Source of the DNA: Anaeramoeba ignava BMAN
Lineage: Eukaryota; Protista; Anaeramoebae
Direction of reading: 5' to 3'
DNA: 64,000 nt
Assembly (NCBI GenBank): GCA_028826165.1
Contig: JAPDFW010000132.1
Coordinates: 1 to 64,000, forward strand
Part shown: positions 10,153 to 25,000 of the stretch, one piece after another
Position numbering within the stretch: the first letter of the stretch is position 1
How the letters are laid out: each line of letters starts with the position of its first letter
The notes under the pieces: model-generated
The model's input: only the letters and a program-made list of their open reading frames with translations
Databases searched by the model: none
Told to the model about the DNA's origin: nothing
Program-made: the position numbers and the translations under genes

Positions 10153-13100
10153 TCATAAATTTTCTTTGAATTCATTTGTTTCTTTAATTGAATTAAATTT
10201 AAATATCCATTTTTCATTTGATTTAATTATTCGAATTATTTTTTCTCTTTGAATATGAAATTGAAAAACTAATTTATTTTTTTCCATTTTGAAAATTTCT
10301 TTTCCACTAATAGAACTAATTACTAATTCTTGAAAACTATTGAAGTAAATATCTGCAAAAAAATTTTCTTTATCTTTAACAATATTAACACGAAATTTTT
10401 TTTGATTTTGATTTTGATTTTGATTTTGATTTTGATTTTGATTTTGGTTTTGATTTTGATTTTGATTTTGATTTTGATTTTGATTTGAATTTTCATTTTG
10501 ATTTTCATTTTGATTTTGATTTTGATTTTGATTTTGATTTTGATTTGAATTTTCATTTTGATTTGAATTTTGATTTTGATTTTGATTTTGATTTTGATTT
10601 TGATTTTCATTTTGATTTTGATTTTGATTTAAATTTTGATTTTGATTTTGATTTTGATTTTGATTTTGATTTTGATTTTGATTTTGATTTTGATTTTGAT
10701 TTAGATTTAGATTTTGATTTTGATTTTGATTTGAATTTTGATTTTGATTTTCTTGTAAATCTTCTTGTAAATCTTCTTGTAAATTTTGTTGTAAATTTTG
10801 TTGTAAATCTTCTTTTAAATCTTGTGAATATTCCTCCTTATTATTAATCAACTTCAAAAAATTTTCAAATCCTTCTTTCTCAAAAATAACCTTCCATCTC
10901 TTCTTTTTCAAAATCATTCCAACTTCTCTCTTTTCCTGATCCACAAACTCAACAAAAACTTCATCTGCTTTATACAAAGAAATCCGCTTATCACCACTTA
11001 AAACAACTCCTGCTTTATTGAAATGTATTCTCGCTTCAAAACAAACACTTGATTTCAAATCAATCATCTTGACATCAAAAAAATTACCTTTCAAATTCAA
11101 CTGCCGAAATATTCTCTCTTTCATCTCAAAAACCTTTTTCAAAAATTGCGCCTTTTGCTCAACATTCCCAAACTTGAAAATCAAAGAAGAAGCCATTCTA
11201 TCCATTGAATTCCAATAAAACACAATAATTGATTTCCCTTTTGAAATTTCCTCAATCCAAAAATCTTGCTCTTTCAAACAAATTGTAATAGATAAATGCG
11301 CCAAATCAAATCTCACACTTGTTTCCTCAAGAAATAAAACTGCTTTGCTCGTTGTTTTATAAAGTTTCTCATTGATTTTCTTCAATACTCGAACATCAAA
11401 CGATTTTTTCACTTCATTTGGTTGCTTATTCTCGTTATTCTCTTCTTTATTTATTAATTCTCGTTTTTTCTCATCTTTGTTCCAAATTTTCTCGCGAATT
11501 TCATCACTTTTGATTCGGAATAATAGAACAAAATTATCTAAACTTTTCTTGTCTTTGAAACTAATCACAAATTTTTGTTTGGGTTTTTCAAAATTCAATT
11601 GACATACTAAAGGGAAAATTGTGCTTAAAAAAAGTTTGCAATTCAGAAAATCAAACGATTTTTTTTCATCTCCAAAAATGCAAATCCTCTCATTTTCAAA
11701 TGCAATTCTTGCCTTTTTTTTGTTTTTCTCGTTTCTTTTCCCAATCAAAATTTCATAACTTTCAGGGATCTTCTTTTCCATCTTGATATTCTTTTTCCGA
11801 TTTTCTTTCGCAGACTTCTCTTGATATATTTTGTAATTCTCAACAAAACCATTTCTTTCCTTCAAATCCAAAAACTCAACATCAATTTGTTCTTGATTTG
11901 CAAATAGAATTTTGACAGCCAAATCATTATCAGAATAACTCAAAATTTGTGGTTGAAAATCGAAGCAAAACCGTTTTCTTCGGGTTAATAGAACAAGTCT
12001 ATAAGGAGTAAGTACAAAATAACAAAAAGGTGTTTTCTTTTTTGAATCAAGAAGACGAATATTATAAACATGAGCATCATTTCCCAATTTAAATTCAAGT
12101 CCAAGTCCAAGTGAAAGTATCTGAAAATTCTCAAAATTTTTCTTAAATTCATCCATTGTTTCAGTGTTGTGAAAACGAAGCACAAGCGAAAACTGTATGT
12201 TAATATGAATCTTCAATAATTTCATATTCGAAAAATACTCGACATGATTCTGAACGGAATACTCACTCTCAAGAGAACTCCACTTTGTTGTTACAATGAA
12301 ACGATCATATTCCAACCTGATATTGCATCCTAAACTGCCATTCGGTGATATTATTGTGCAGACATACTTCAAAGGCTTGGGAATCGCATTTTGTATGCTC
12401 TTCTTTTTTCTCAACTCAAAATCTTGCTCAAAAACTCGTCCAAATTCAGGATTTGGATAAATCACTTGAATATAATTAAACTCATCGTAATTTAATTGCG
12501 AACTTAATTCGTCATTTTGATCACAAAACAGACTTGAATACAAACTGTATTTTCGTCTGATTTGTTCGTTTTTCGTTGTGATTACAAAATGATCTGTTTT
12601 CAATTCAAATTGTGCAATTCCGCAAAATTCTCCAAATGAATTCAAAACGCAAAATTGATAATAACTATCAACCATTTTTTCTCTTGATTTATTCTCAAAA
12701 TCTCCATCATCAAAAGAAATATCAATATCAGAATCAGAATCATTGTTATCACCATCAATAAACTCATCCTCAACATTGTAATCAAACGAACTGCTTAATT
12801 TTTGCGGAATCTTCTCTAAAATTTGATGTATTTTTTCTTCATGTTTTGAATTTTCCCATTCCATCACTATATTTTCTGGTATATTTGCTAACTTCCGATC
12901 CTCAAAAACAAATCCTTGATTGAAGATTCGGAAAGTGTTCAAAATGAGAACACGATCTTCTGGGTTTTGTGTGGAAAATAATATGCTTGTATTTGAATTT
13001 AACTGGAAAATTACAAATTCCGAATTTGAAACATGAAGAAAAATTGCTTGATCTTCACAATAAGGAATTGAAATATTCGACTGAGAATATGTCAAAAGCC

Positions 13101-15034
13101 TCATTTCATAAAGAGAAAACTCAAGAACAGCTTTTTGAGGTTCTTTCCCATGAAGAATAATTGAGAATTGCACCCGTTTTTTCTTAACAAGATCAACCAC
13201 TTTTTTCCATAGTTTTTTGCTCATGTTTTCATTTTCTCGTGTAAAAAAAGTTGGATCGAGAATTTGGAAACTTGTTCTCGATTGGAGAATAGGGGAAGAA
13301 CCAGAATATGTGTTAAAATCTGCGAAAAATCTGTTCTGAAATCTTGTTCTCTTGAAAGCTTTTTTAATGATTTGAAAATCTCCTTTTAATTTCAATTTAC
13401 GAATTTGTGCTGTTATTGCTTTTGATTCATTCACATCTTGATCAAGTCTTTGATCCACTAAGATCACATAAGGAACAAAACTTTCCTCTTCGCTTTTTAT
13501 TGCTCGCTCATTTTTCTCGGAAGATTTTTTGATCATATTTTCTGGAGAAACATCTTTCAACCACATAATTGGATTGTTAAAAGCAAGAAGACATCGAAAA
13601 ATCAAATCGCGATGAACAGATGAGCCGCAATCAAAAAGAATTGCCAAAGACTCTTCTTCTCGATCGTTTGCATACTCACTGATGCGAATCTTAATAAGAT
13701 TCTTTTTGGAATGTGCAAAAACGTGGACGACTTGATCTTGGAAATTAATGATTAAAGGATCGTTTTTCTCAAAACTAATTGTAAGATTTTCTTTCCCTAA
13801 AAAAAGAACAGCATTTTCTGTTTTGAGTTCCCGATTAAAAACACTTATAGGAAAGGTAAAACTATTTTTGACCCAACACCTTAAAACAACTGAATTAATT
13901 TCTTTTTGATCTCCCAAAATATCCCCTTTGATCTCAATTCCCTCAACAAATTCACCATGATACCATCTGTACATCTCAAAACTTTTCCAGATTACAAAGC
14001 GCTCGGCTTCGTTTGTGGTTTTAATCATGAATGAGTAATTCCTATCAAGTTTGAAAAGCAAAATTGAAGAATCTTTTGCACTTAAAAGTACTTTTATTTT
14101 TTTGGATGGTTCATATTCACGAATCATTTTCCATCCTCCATAAAAATTGATTCCAAACTCATTTACAGAAAGACGAAGTATTCCTGGTATTAAAATGCCG
14201 TTATTACTCACATATGCAATGTGGAAAGTGGATATTCCTTTTGCAAAATTTCTTTGAATTAATTTTTCCAATGCGTTTTTTGCATAAATTTTTTCATCTT
14301 GATTTTTCCCAATTTCATTAAATTCATTTCCATTTTGATTTTCTATTGTTTTGTTAAAAAATATTATTGGATTTGGAAATTCTTGATCATTATCAATCCA
14401 TTGATTTATGTTATTTTTTGGTTTTTCTGAAGAAAATTCATTTGAATTTTGATTTTGATTTTGATTTTGATTTTGATTTTGATTTTGATTTTGATTTTGA
14501 TTTAAATTTTGATTAGAATTCGAAATTGAAATTGAAGAAGTTTCTTTTCCAATATCATCAAAAATACTTGATTGGTTTTCATTTTCGTTTTCATTTTTAA
14601 TTTGATTTTCATTTTTAATTTGATTTTCATTTTTAATTTGATTTTCATTTTCAATTTGATTTTCATTTTCATTTTCATTTTGATTTTGATTTTCATTTTC
14701 AATTTGATTTTCATTTTCAATAAAATTTGGAGATATTTGTGTTTTTAATTTGGTTAAAAATTCTCCTAAAATTCGATTTTTTTGACTTTTTTATTTTAAA
14801 TTTTTATTTTAAATTTTTAATTGAGAATTTTTTATTAATAAAAAATAAGGGGATAAATTTTTTTATTTAAAATTTTAAACTAAAAAAATACTTTAATTTA
14901 GTTTGAATATCACTTGGTTTTGTTTCTTTTAAATTTCCAGTTAATTTTTGTGAATTTTCTTTTATAGATTCTTTTGATCTTTTATCATTTTTTAAAGGAT
15001 AAAACATTTTTTGTTTAATTTCAACTTGATTCAT
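10153..15034 (-). CDS. Large protein (~1500+ aa) with about 10 tandem PH-like modules and N/Q tracts; long exon 14765-10153, probable first exon from ATG 15034 (junction phase uncertain)
   Basis: The reading frame stays open upstream of 14271 to an AG acceptor at 14767-14766. Repeating beta-rich ~90-aa units end in an amphipathic helix. The obvious donor at 14891 is one base out of phase; a weaker donor at 14913 fits. Confidence 0.6.
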
Positions 15035-15299
15035 TAAAAACTATTTTTATTTGTTATTATTATTATTAAGAAAAAAAAATATCACAACGAAATCTTAAAA
15101 AAAAAAAAGGTGAAAAACAACAAATTTTTGTTATTAAAAAAAGAAAGAAAAAAAATGAAAAAAAAATTTTTTTATTCTTTTCATTTTTTAAACAAAAAAA
15201 AAAAAATTCCCAATTAACACAAATCAAATAAAAATAGGAAAATTAAACAATACTTCAATAATTCAACTTAATTCAAATCCAAAAAAAACAATCCAAAAA

Positions 15300-15965
15300 T
15301 AATTTAAATTTAATTTTAATTTTATTTTGATTTTAATTTTAATTTTGATTTAATTTTGATTTAATTTTGATTTAATTTTAATTTAATTTTGATTTAATTT
15401 TGATTTAATTTGGAAATGATTTAATTTTATTTTGATTTGGAAATGATTTAATTTTGATTTAATTTTAATTTTATTTTGATTTTAATTTTGATTTAATTTT
15501 GATTTTGATTTTGATTTAATTTGATTTTGATTTAATTTTGATTTAATTTTGATTTTGATTTAATTTTGATTTAATTTTGATTTAATTTTGATTTTGATTT
15601 TGATTTGATTTTGATTTGATTTGGATTTAATTTTGATTTAATTTTAATTTTAATTTTGATTTTGATTTAATTTAATTTTGATTTATTTTGATTTAATTTT
15701 GATTTAATTTTAAATTTAATTTTAATTTTGATTTAAATTTAATTTTGATTTAATTTTGATTTAATTTTGATTTAATTTTGATTTAATTTTGATTTAATTT
15801 TGATTTTGATTTAATTTTGATTTAATTTTGATTTTAATTTTAATTTTGATTTTGATTTAAATTTGATTTGATTTGGAAATGATTTAATTTTGATTTAATT
15901 TTGATTTAATTTTGATTTAATTTTGATTTAATTTTGATTTAATTTTGATTTAATTTTGATTTAAT
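15300..15965. repeat. (ttttgatttaa)n 11-bp minisatellite between divergent genes
   Basis: Direct inspection. Confidence 0.85.
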
Positions 15966-16002
15966 TTTCATTTTTTTCATTTTTTTTTTTTCAAATATAA
16001 AA

Positions 16003-19000
16003 ATGTCAAAAGAAATTAATTATTTAATTATTCGCAAAACTTTTCATCAATTCTGTTCAGTTACTTATGATTTCTTTATTAAAAACCTTCAAAAAGTTTT
16101 TTTAAAAAAACAAAACTTTGTTTAAAAAAAAAAATTAATTATAAATTTTTTAAAAGAAAATAAATATTCCAATTTCTCAATTACAAGAAAATATTGAAGT
16201 TAAAGGAGCTATTCTAACTCTTGTAAAGATTTCAAAACATTGTAGTAGTATTATTTTAAAAGCACTTATTGATTGGAGAGAACAATTTTTAGGAACACAC
16301 TTTGAATTTTTAAAATTAAAAAAATTAAAAAAGAAAATGAAAAGGAAAAATATTGCAATGTAAATAAAAAAATGATAAGAAAATAATTACACTTTAGAAT
16401 GTAATATTTTCTATTTATTAAATAATTAAATTAATTAATAAATAAAATTAGGAATAAAAGAACATTTCCTCAATATCTTAACACAATATCTCAATTTGAT
16501 TTAGAGCAAACATTGGTAATAATATAACAATCAAAACAAGCAAAACTTCTACTCAACAAAAAAAAATTAATTCCGATTTTTTATGCAAAAAATTTTTGAT
16601 TAATTTATTGATTAACAAAAAAAAAAGCTTTTTAGAGAAGCAATTTTTTTAATCGCAATTTCTAGCGTTTTACATAAAATAAAAAAACCTATTGACACAA
16701 AACAAATGGAACAACTTTTTGATATCTCAAAGAAAACCTTAATGGGACTTGAAACAAGAGTATCAGGATTTGGAAACGATCATGCAAATTCAAATCGAAC
16801 AGCAGTTCAGCGTTTATGCGGAAACGTAATTGAAGAATTATCCAAAAACAACTTTGAAATGCTTGCTGATCATATCCTGAAAGAGGCTACATCCGCCTTA
16901 TCAGACTCTACTGTTGTCTCAATCCAATTTCTTCGATTAAAAGACGGACAAAATCTAGAAAACTTTGGAAAAATGCTCAATTTCATAACAGCATTGCTCT
17001 CCAAAATGCACCGCAAAAATAAGAAAAACATTGCGGAATCATTAGCAGCAATTTTGGAGAGTTTTCTTATTCACACAACAGAATTTGTTCCCTTTACCAA
17101 TGAACAAATACTTGAACAAATTCACGAAATTTTCCGCAAACTTGTTTCAGTTTCGAAAAAATCAAAACCACAATTAGCAACAACAAGGTTACTTTGTGCC
17201 CTTCTATGTTGTTCAGACACAACATTCTTCCAAGAAAAACATGGGCAGATGGCACTTGCTTTATTGAAATTGGTTCAAAATAAACATACAAAATTTTATG
17301 CAATTTTATCCATTACAAATTTTGTTCATTATTATATCGTTAATTTTATTGAAAAAAATCCTGATTGGATGCGCAAACAAATAGAACTTTTTGTCTCCAA
17401 TATTTTCACTTCATTAAAAAAGAATATTCCTGATTCATATTCAAATATTCTTTGTGAATTTATTTTCACACTTTCACTTTGGGATATTTTATTTTCAATT
17501 GATTATATAATTTTCCCCCTAATGGAATCTGATCATCCAGACCGTGTTCTTCTTGGTCTGCGCACATTTATCAAACTTATCAAAAATGCTGGTTCTGAAA
17601 TCATGAATAAGTTTCTATTTTCATTCCAGAAAAAACTGGACAAAATGATTTCAAGAATTGATCCTCAATTTGGAAATTGTTTAAAAATTAATCAAACAAA
17701 ATCTTTAACGGAAATTGTCCCTAAAGAGAAAATGAAGGAAATTGTGATCCTTAAACTTTTTGTTGAAATTCTTCCTAATATTCTTCCATTCAATCAAAAT
17801 TTATTTCGTTTAATTTCAAAATATACACTTCATCTTGATTATGGATTGTCTTCTCAATCTTATCAATCAATCAAGCATATTATCATTAAATTTCCTCAAC
17901 ATAGAATGAATCTTCTTAAAGATTTTGCAAAGTTTATTACTGAGATTCCTGATTCTTATTTTCAGGAAATTTTAAATTCTTTACAAAAATTTTCAGATTT
18001 TTTATCTTTATGGATTTCAATTTCAAATTCAAATTCAAATTCAAATTCAAATCCAAATTTAAATTCAGATTCACTTTCAAATGAATTTACAAATCAAATT
18101 GAAAATAGAGAAGAAAAGAAGCAAATTATTGAATCTCGTTTTCGTAAATTTGGATTAACAAGAAAATTCCACTCCATTCTAAATTCAATTCTAAATTCAA
18201 TTCTAAATTCAATATTCAATTCAAATCAATTCAATATTTAATTCAATATTCAATTCAATATTCAATTTAATTCAATATTCAATTTAATTCAATATTCAAT
18301 TCAATATTCAATTCAAATCAATATTCAATTCAATTCAATATTCAATTCAATTCAATATTCAATTCAATTCAATATTCAATTCAATTCAATATTCAATATT
18401 CAATATTCAATTTAATTTAATTTAATATTCAATTCAAAAATCAATTCAATATTCAATTCAATATTCAAATCAATATTTAATTTAATATTTAATTCAATAT
18501 TCAATTCAATATTCAATTCAATATTCAATTCAAATCAAATCAATATTCAATTCAATTCAAATCAATATTCAATTCAATTCAATTCAATTCAATATTCAAT
18601 TCAATATTCAATTCAATTCAATATTCAATTTAATTCAATATTCAATTCAATATTCAATTTAATTCAATATTCAATTCAATATTCAATTTAATTCAAATCA
18701 ATATTCAATTTAATTCAATTCAATATTCAATTCAAAAATTTATTTCAATTCAAAAATTTATTCCAAAAATTTGAAAATCTAAATCTAGAAAATCATATTC
18801 AATTACAAGAACAAAAATTAAACCAAAAAGATTCTCCACATTTAATAGAACAACAAAATAAAGATTTATTACAATCAAATGACCCACAAAATAAAGAAAT
18901 AAAGCAAACACAATTTCAAGAAAGTCAAATTATTTTCGAAATCAAACAATTAGATACAATTTCTCCAAAACAAGATGAAAAAGATAAAAATCAAGATCAA

Positions 19001-22000
19001 CAAATTCAAGAAATAAAATCATCAGAAAATTCTCCACTTAATGATTTTTTAGAATTAGAATCTTTTGGTATTTTATTTCTTTGTTCAGATGAACCTCAAA
19101 TTAGAATTCAAGCTCTTGAAATTTTAAAGAAAATTAAAGAATTATCAATTATAATTTTATCTGGTATTAAAAAGATATATTTTTAATCAAAAAAAAAAAT
19201 ATTTCAAATTAAATTCTCAAAAAAACATTTAGAAAAATCACTTAGAATTATTGATATATTTAATCATAATTTCCAAGAATGTAGAAAACATCTTCATCAT
19301 AGAATTAATAAATTACTTTCAGTTGAAGATGTAATTTAATTTAATTTAATTTAATTTAATTTAAGAATGAAAGAAATTATAAATAAATTATAAATAAAAT
19401 ATTTATCATTTAAAGCAATCAAAAGAAGATCATTTTAAAGATACAGAAATTTCAATTGAACAAATTATAATTGGAAAAGATCCTACAGAAAAATTTCAAC
19501 GTTTAATCTTTTTAGGACATTTATTCAAAAATATATTAAAAAATTTTCCAAATTTAATTTCACATTTATTTCCTCAAGTAAAAAAACAAAAATAATCAAA
19601 AAAAAACAACAAGGATTAATTCGTTTTAAATTATGGATCAATTTTTTTCTTGAAAAATAATTTAGTTGGTTGATAGATTTAATAAATTGAATCAAGGATT
19701 TCCAAATAAAATATTACCAAATAAATCATCACAAAGTTATATTTCCAAAATTGAAAAATGGACTTGTTATTCAAATGTTATTACTCCTGTTCTTACTCCT
19801 GAATTAAGTATATCAAAAATACTTTTTATTGATTCAAATTGAAATGAATTATTTTTCTTTTATTTATCTTGAATTATTAAATTATTCAATTATCAAATTT
19901 ACTAATAGTTTCAAATGAACCAATAAGAAATATTGTGAAAAGCATTGTTTCATTGATTAAACTTCAAATTGATTCTCTTAGAAGTGGAGTAGTGATGGTA
20001 TTTGAATTTTTCAACAAGAAAGAAAATAATTTTAATTCCAATCAATTTTATTATTTAGGCACTTTCACAAATTAATGTTACTTCATTTTCAATTTTATTT
20101 CATGAGGTTACACCAATTTTAGAACAAATAGTTTCGGAAAAAGAAAAAACAAAAGAAAGAAAACATAATAACCGAGAAATTTCACAAATTTCAAGTAAAT
20201 TCCAAAACAAAAAAATCAAAATCAAAATCAAAATTTAAAAATATTTTCATTGATAGTTTTTTTCAGAATATTCTTAGAATTAACAAGCAATTCAACTTTC
20301 CAACAAACCAAAATTGTTCAAACTTCTTTTCCAAAAATTATCACATATTTTTTTCAATATTTATCAACACCATTATTATTAGATTCAATAGATCTTCTTC
20401 TTTTCCGTTATAATTTTGCCTTAATTATAAATCGTTTATGTCAATTATCAAAATATCAACAACCTCCAATTTTAGATAAATCAACAAGAAAAACATATTT
20501 TTTATTTCTTAATAATTATTGTGGAATTGGAAATAATAGTATTCAGCCTCAAATGGAGAAAAGATTAATAGAATTTATTCGGGATCGAATTAAAGATCCT
20601 AATCAAAAAGAAGTTATTCAATCTGGATTTTTTGAACAATTATATTCAATGCAATTTGCATCTTTAAAAGTAGATTCCAAATTCAAATCAATATTTAAAT
20701 TCAAATAAATATTTAAATTCAAATAAATATTTAAATTCAAATATTAATTTAAATTCAAATTAATATTTAAATCCAAATTAATATTTAAATTCAAATAAAT
20801 ATTTAAATCCAAATTAATATTTAAATTCAAATAAATATTTAAATCCAAATTAATATTTAAATTCAAATTAATATTTAAATTCAAATTAATATTTAAATTC
20901 AAATAAATATTTAAATCCAAATTAATATTTAAATTCAAATTAATATTTAAATCCAAATTAATATTTAAATTCAAATAAATATTTAAATTCAAATTAATAT
21001 TTAAATTCAAATTAATATTTAAATTCAAATTAATATTTAAATTCAAATAAATATTTAAATTCAAATTAATATTTAAATTCAAATTAATATTTAAATTCAA
21101 ATTAATATTTAAATTCAAATAAATATTTAAATTCAAATAAATATTTAAATTCAAATAAATATTTAAATTCAAATAAATATTTAAATTCAAATTAATATTT
21201 AAATTCAAATTAATATTTAAATTCAAATTAATATTTAAATCCAAATAAATATTTAAATTCAAATTAATATTTAAATTCAAATAAATATTTAAATTCAAAT
21301 TCAAATTCAAATTCAAATTCATATTTAAATCCAAATAAATATTTAAATTCAAATAAATATTTAAATTCAAATAAATATTTAAATCCAAATAAATATTTAA
21401 ATTCAAATAAATATTTAAATTCAAATTCAAATTCAAATTCAAATTAATATTTAAATCCAAATTAATATTTAAATTCAAATTAATATTTAAATCCAAATTA
21501 ATATTTAAATTCAAATTAATATTTAAATTCAAATTAATATTTAAATTCAAATTCAAATTCAAATTCAAATTCAAATTCAAATTCAAATTTAAATTCAAAT
21601 TCAAATGCAAATTCAAATTCAAATGCAAATTCAAATGCAAATTCAAATTCAAATTCAAATTCAAATTCAAATTAATATTTAAATTCAAATCAATATTTAA
21701 ATTCAAATTAATATTTAAATTCAAATTAATATTTAAATCCAAATTCAAATTCAAATTCAAATTCAAATTCAAACTCAAATTCAAATTCAAATTCAAATTC
21801 AAATTCAAATTCAAATTAATATTTAAATTCAAATTAATATTTAAATTCAAATTAATATTTAAATTCAAATTAATATTTAAATTCAAATAAATATTTAAAT
21901 TCAAATTAATATTTAAATTTAAATAAATATTTAAATTCAAATTAATATTTAAATTCAAATTAATATTTAAATTCAAATTAATATTTAAATTCAAATTAAT

Positions 22001-25000
22001 ATTTAAATTCAAATTAATATTTAAATCCAAATAAATATTTTAAATCCAAATAAATATTTAAATTCAAATTAATATTTAAATTCAAATTAATATTTAAATT
22101 CAAATTAATATTTAAATTCAAATTAATATTTAAATTCAAATTAATATTTAAATTCAAATTAATATTCAAATTCAAATTAATATTTAAATTCAAATAAATA
22201 TTTAAATTCAAATAAATATTTAAATTCAAATTAATATTCAAATTCAAATTAATATTTAAATTCAAATCAATATTTAAATTCAAATTAATATTTAAATTCA
22301 AATTAATATTTAAATTCAAATTAATATTTAAATTCAAATTAATATTTAAATTTAAATAAATATTTAAATTCAAATCAATATTTAAATCCAAATTAATATT
22401 TAAATTCAAATCAATATTTAAATTCAAATTAATATTTAAATTCAAATTAATATTTAAATTCAAATTAATATTTAAATTCAAATTAATATTTAAATTCAAA
22501 TTAATATTTAAATTCAAATTAATATTTAAATTCAAATTAATATTTAAATTCAAATAAATATTTAAATTCAAATTAATATTCAAAATCAAATTAATATTTA
22601 AATTCAAATTAATATTTAAATTCAAATTAATATTTAAATTCAAATAAATATTTAAATTCAAATTAATATTTAAATTCAAATTAATATTTAAATTTAAATA
22701 AATATTTAAATTCAAATTAATATTTAAATTCAAATAAATATTTAAATTCAAATTAATATTTAAATTCAAATTAATATTTAAATTCAAATTAATATTTAAA
22801 TTCAAATTAATATTTAAATTCAAATTAATATTTAAATCCAAATTAATATTTAAATTCAAATTAATATTTAAATTCAAATAAATATTTAAATTCAAATAAA
22901 TATTTAAATTCAAATTAATATTTAAATTCAAATTAATATTTAAAATTTGTTTTTATAAAAAAAAAAAGGCAATGTCTTCTTTACTTATTGGAGAATTCTT
23001 TGATGAAGAATCAACAAAAATTGATGGATCTATTTTTAATTGGATTTTTCAAGTTATGGAATCTTCAAATGAAAATATTCGTAGATTAGGATCAACTGCT
23101 TTATCAAATTTTGTTTCAGAAAATTCAAAAACTTTTTGTCAAACTCTTTTAGATATTTCATACACTACAAATAATATTCATAAAAAAAATGCAATTATTT
23201 GTTCAATTGTGGAATGCTTTTTACAAAACAAAATTGAAATTCCTTTACAAACTTTAATTTGTTTCATTTGTTTTCATTTTGGAACAAATGATGAAATCAC
23301 TTTTTCTAAATTGATGAAATTACTTTCATTTTCAAAACCAAAAATATCCAAAATTTTATTACTTCCAAAACCTCAATTTAGAACTTCATTTGAATCTTAT
23401 GAAATACTTCAAGTTTGTTATTCACAAAACAAAAAAAAAGCAATTGATTGTTTCTAATCATTTCAAATTTGGAAATTATTATTTTAGGTTCAAATTAGTT
23501 ATAATATTGCTCAAAAAAGACCAGATCTTTGTTTACCAATTTTTCAAGAATTTCAAAGAAGATATTTTTCAATTTCTAAATCATTAAATTCAGAAAGAAG
23601 TTCAAATCAAGTAAAAAAATGCAACAATAACAATAATTTTGGATTGTTATTTATATTTATATTCATCTTTATATTTGTCATTTATTTATATTTATATTTA
23701 TATTATTTATTAAGTATCCAAAAATTTTAGTGCTAAAATTGCTTATTCCATGGCTTCAAAAAATTGTTGTGGATTCAAATAATAAGGAATCAATTTTCCA
23801 AGTTTATCAATTATTTTCATTTTTATTACAAATTACAAAAGAATATGAAACAAATAATTTTTCAATAACTCAAGAATTATGGCAAGCACTTTCACAGAAT
23901 CAAACAAATTTATCATTAGTTGCAGATTTTCTAATTTCAGTTATAATATCAAATGTAAAATTGAAAAATCAAATTCAAAATCAAATTAAATTTGAATTTG
24001 ATTTTAAATTTGAATTTCTTTTATAAAAAAATTTAGCCAAATAATGAAATTATTGATACAAGTAAAAGAATTGTGATATTCTTATCAAAAGATTTAAAAA
24101 ATCAGATCACATATCAATTAATTCATTACTTAAGATTATTTTCAGATCGAACAAATTTAGTTTTTTCATCATTTCCACAAATGTATTTTTCTTTTGAAAT
24201 TTCAAAACAAAACAAAATTTAATGGAATTCCCATCTTATTCTGATTATTTATTATTTTAAACTGTAGAAACTTAAATCTATCCAAAAATATGAAAGAAAA
24301 AGAAGAAAATCCAATTAAATTTTCTGAGAAAACAAATTTAACAGCAAAAAATTCATTTGAAATTAAATTTTCACCGTCACAAGTTGCATTAATATTATTA
24401 ACAGAAATAATCAAAGAAGGAGATGAAGTTATCCAAAAAAATTTGCAAACACTACTTAGTTCTATATTTTTAAATATTGATTCACAAGAAATTGTATCAA
24501 ATCACTGCAAATATCTTCTTGTCAATTTAATATTTTCAACCAATTTAGATTCAAAAAGTGAGAAAAAGGCAACAGATTTTCTTTCTCAATTTTTTTCTGA
24601 TGAACTTTATCGAAAAGTATCTGAGAAAAAAATTATATTTACAGAAGAAAAAATTGAAAATGATTTAGTTCAAATTTTGGGGATTTTTCAACATGTTGAT
24701 TCAAGTTTAAGATCAAAATGGTGTAAAGAAATATTTAAATGGACAGTGAAATTCAATGAATCAACAGAAGAAACAATTTCGGAATCTGATTTAAAACTAT
24801 ATATTCGTTCACATCAAATTTATCGTGTTGTTGTTGATAATGTTGTTAATATCGAATTGGATTCAATGCTTAACCTTCTTTTTAGAATTGTTCCGGTTAT
24901 TTTACAAGAAGAAAACAAAATTTCAAATGAAACTTCTGATTTGAGACATTTTGCAAGTCAAATTTTTATCACAATCACTAAAATGATCACAAAAATTAAA

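Noticed and set aside
20744-22931. 428-aa and 305-aa LNINLN ORFs on the minus strand
   Set aside because: Stop-free frames of an 18-bp satellite inside a Furry intron; no ATG start or coding signature.
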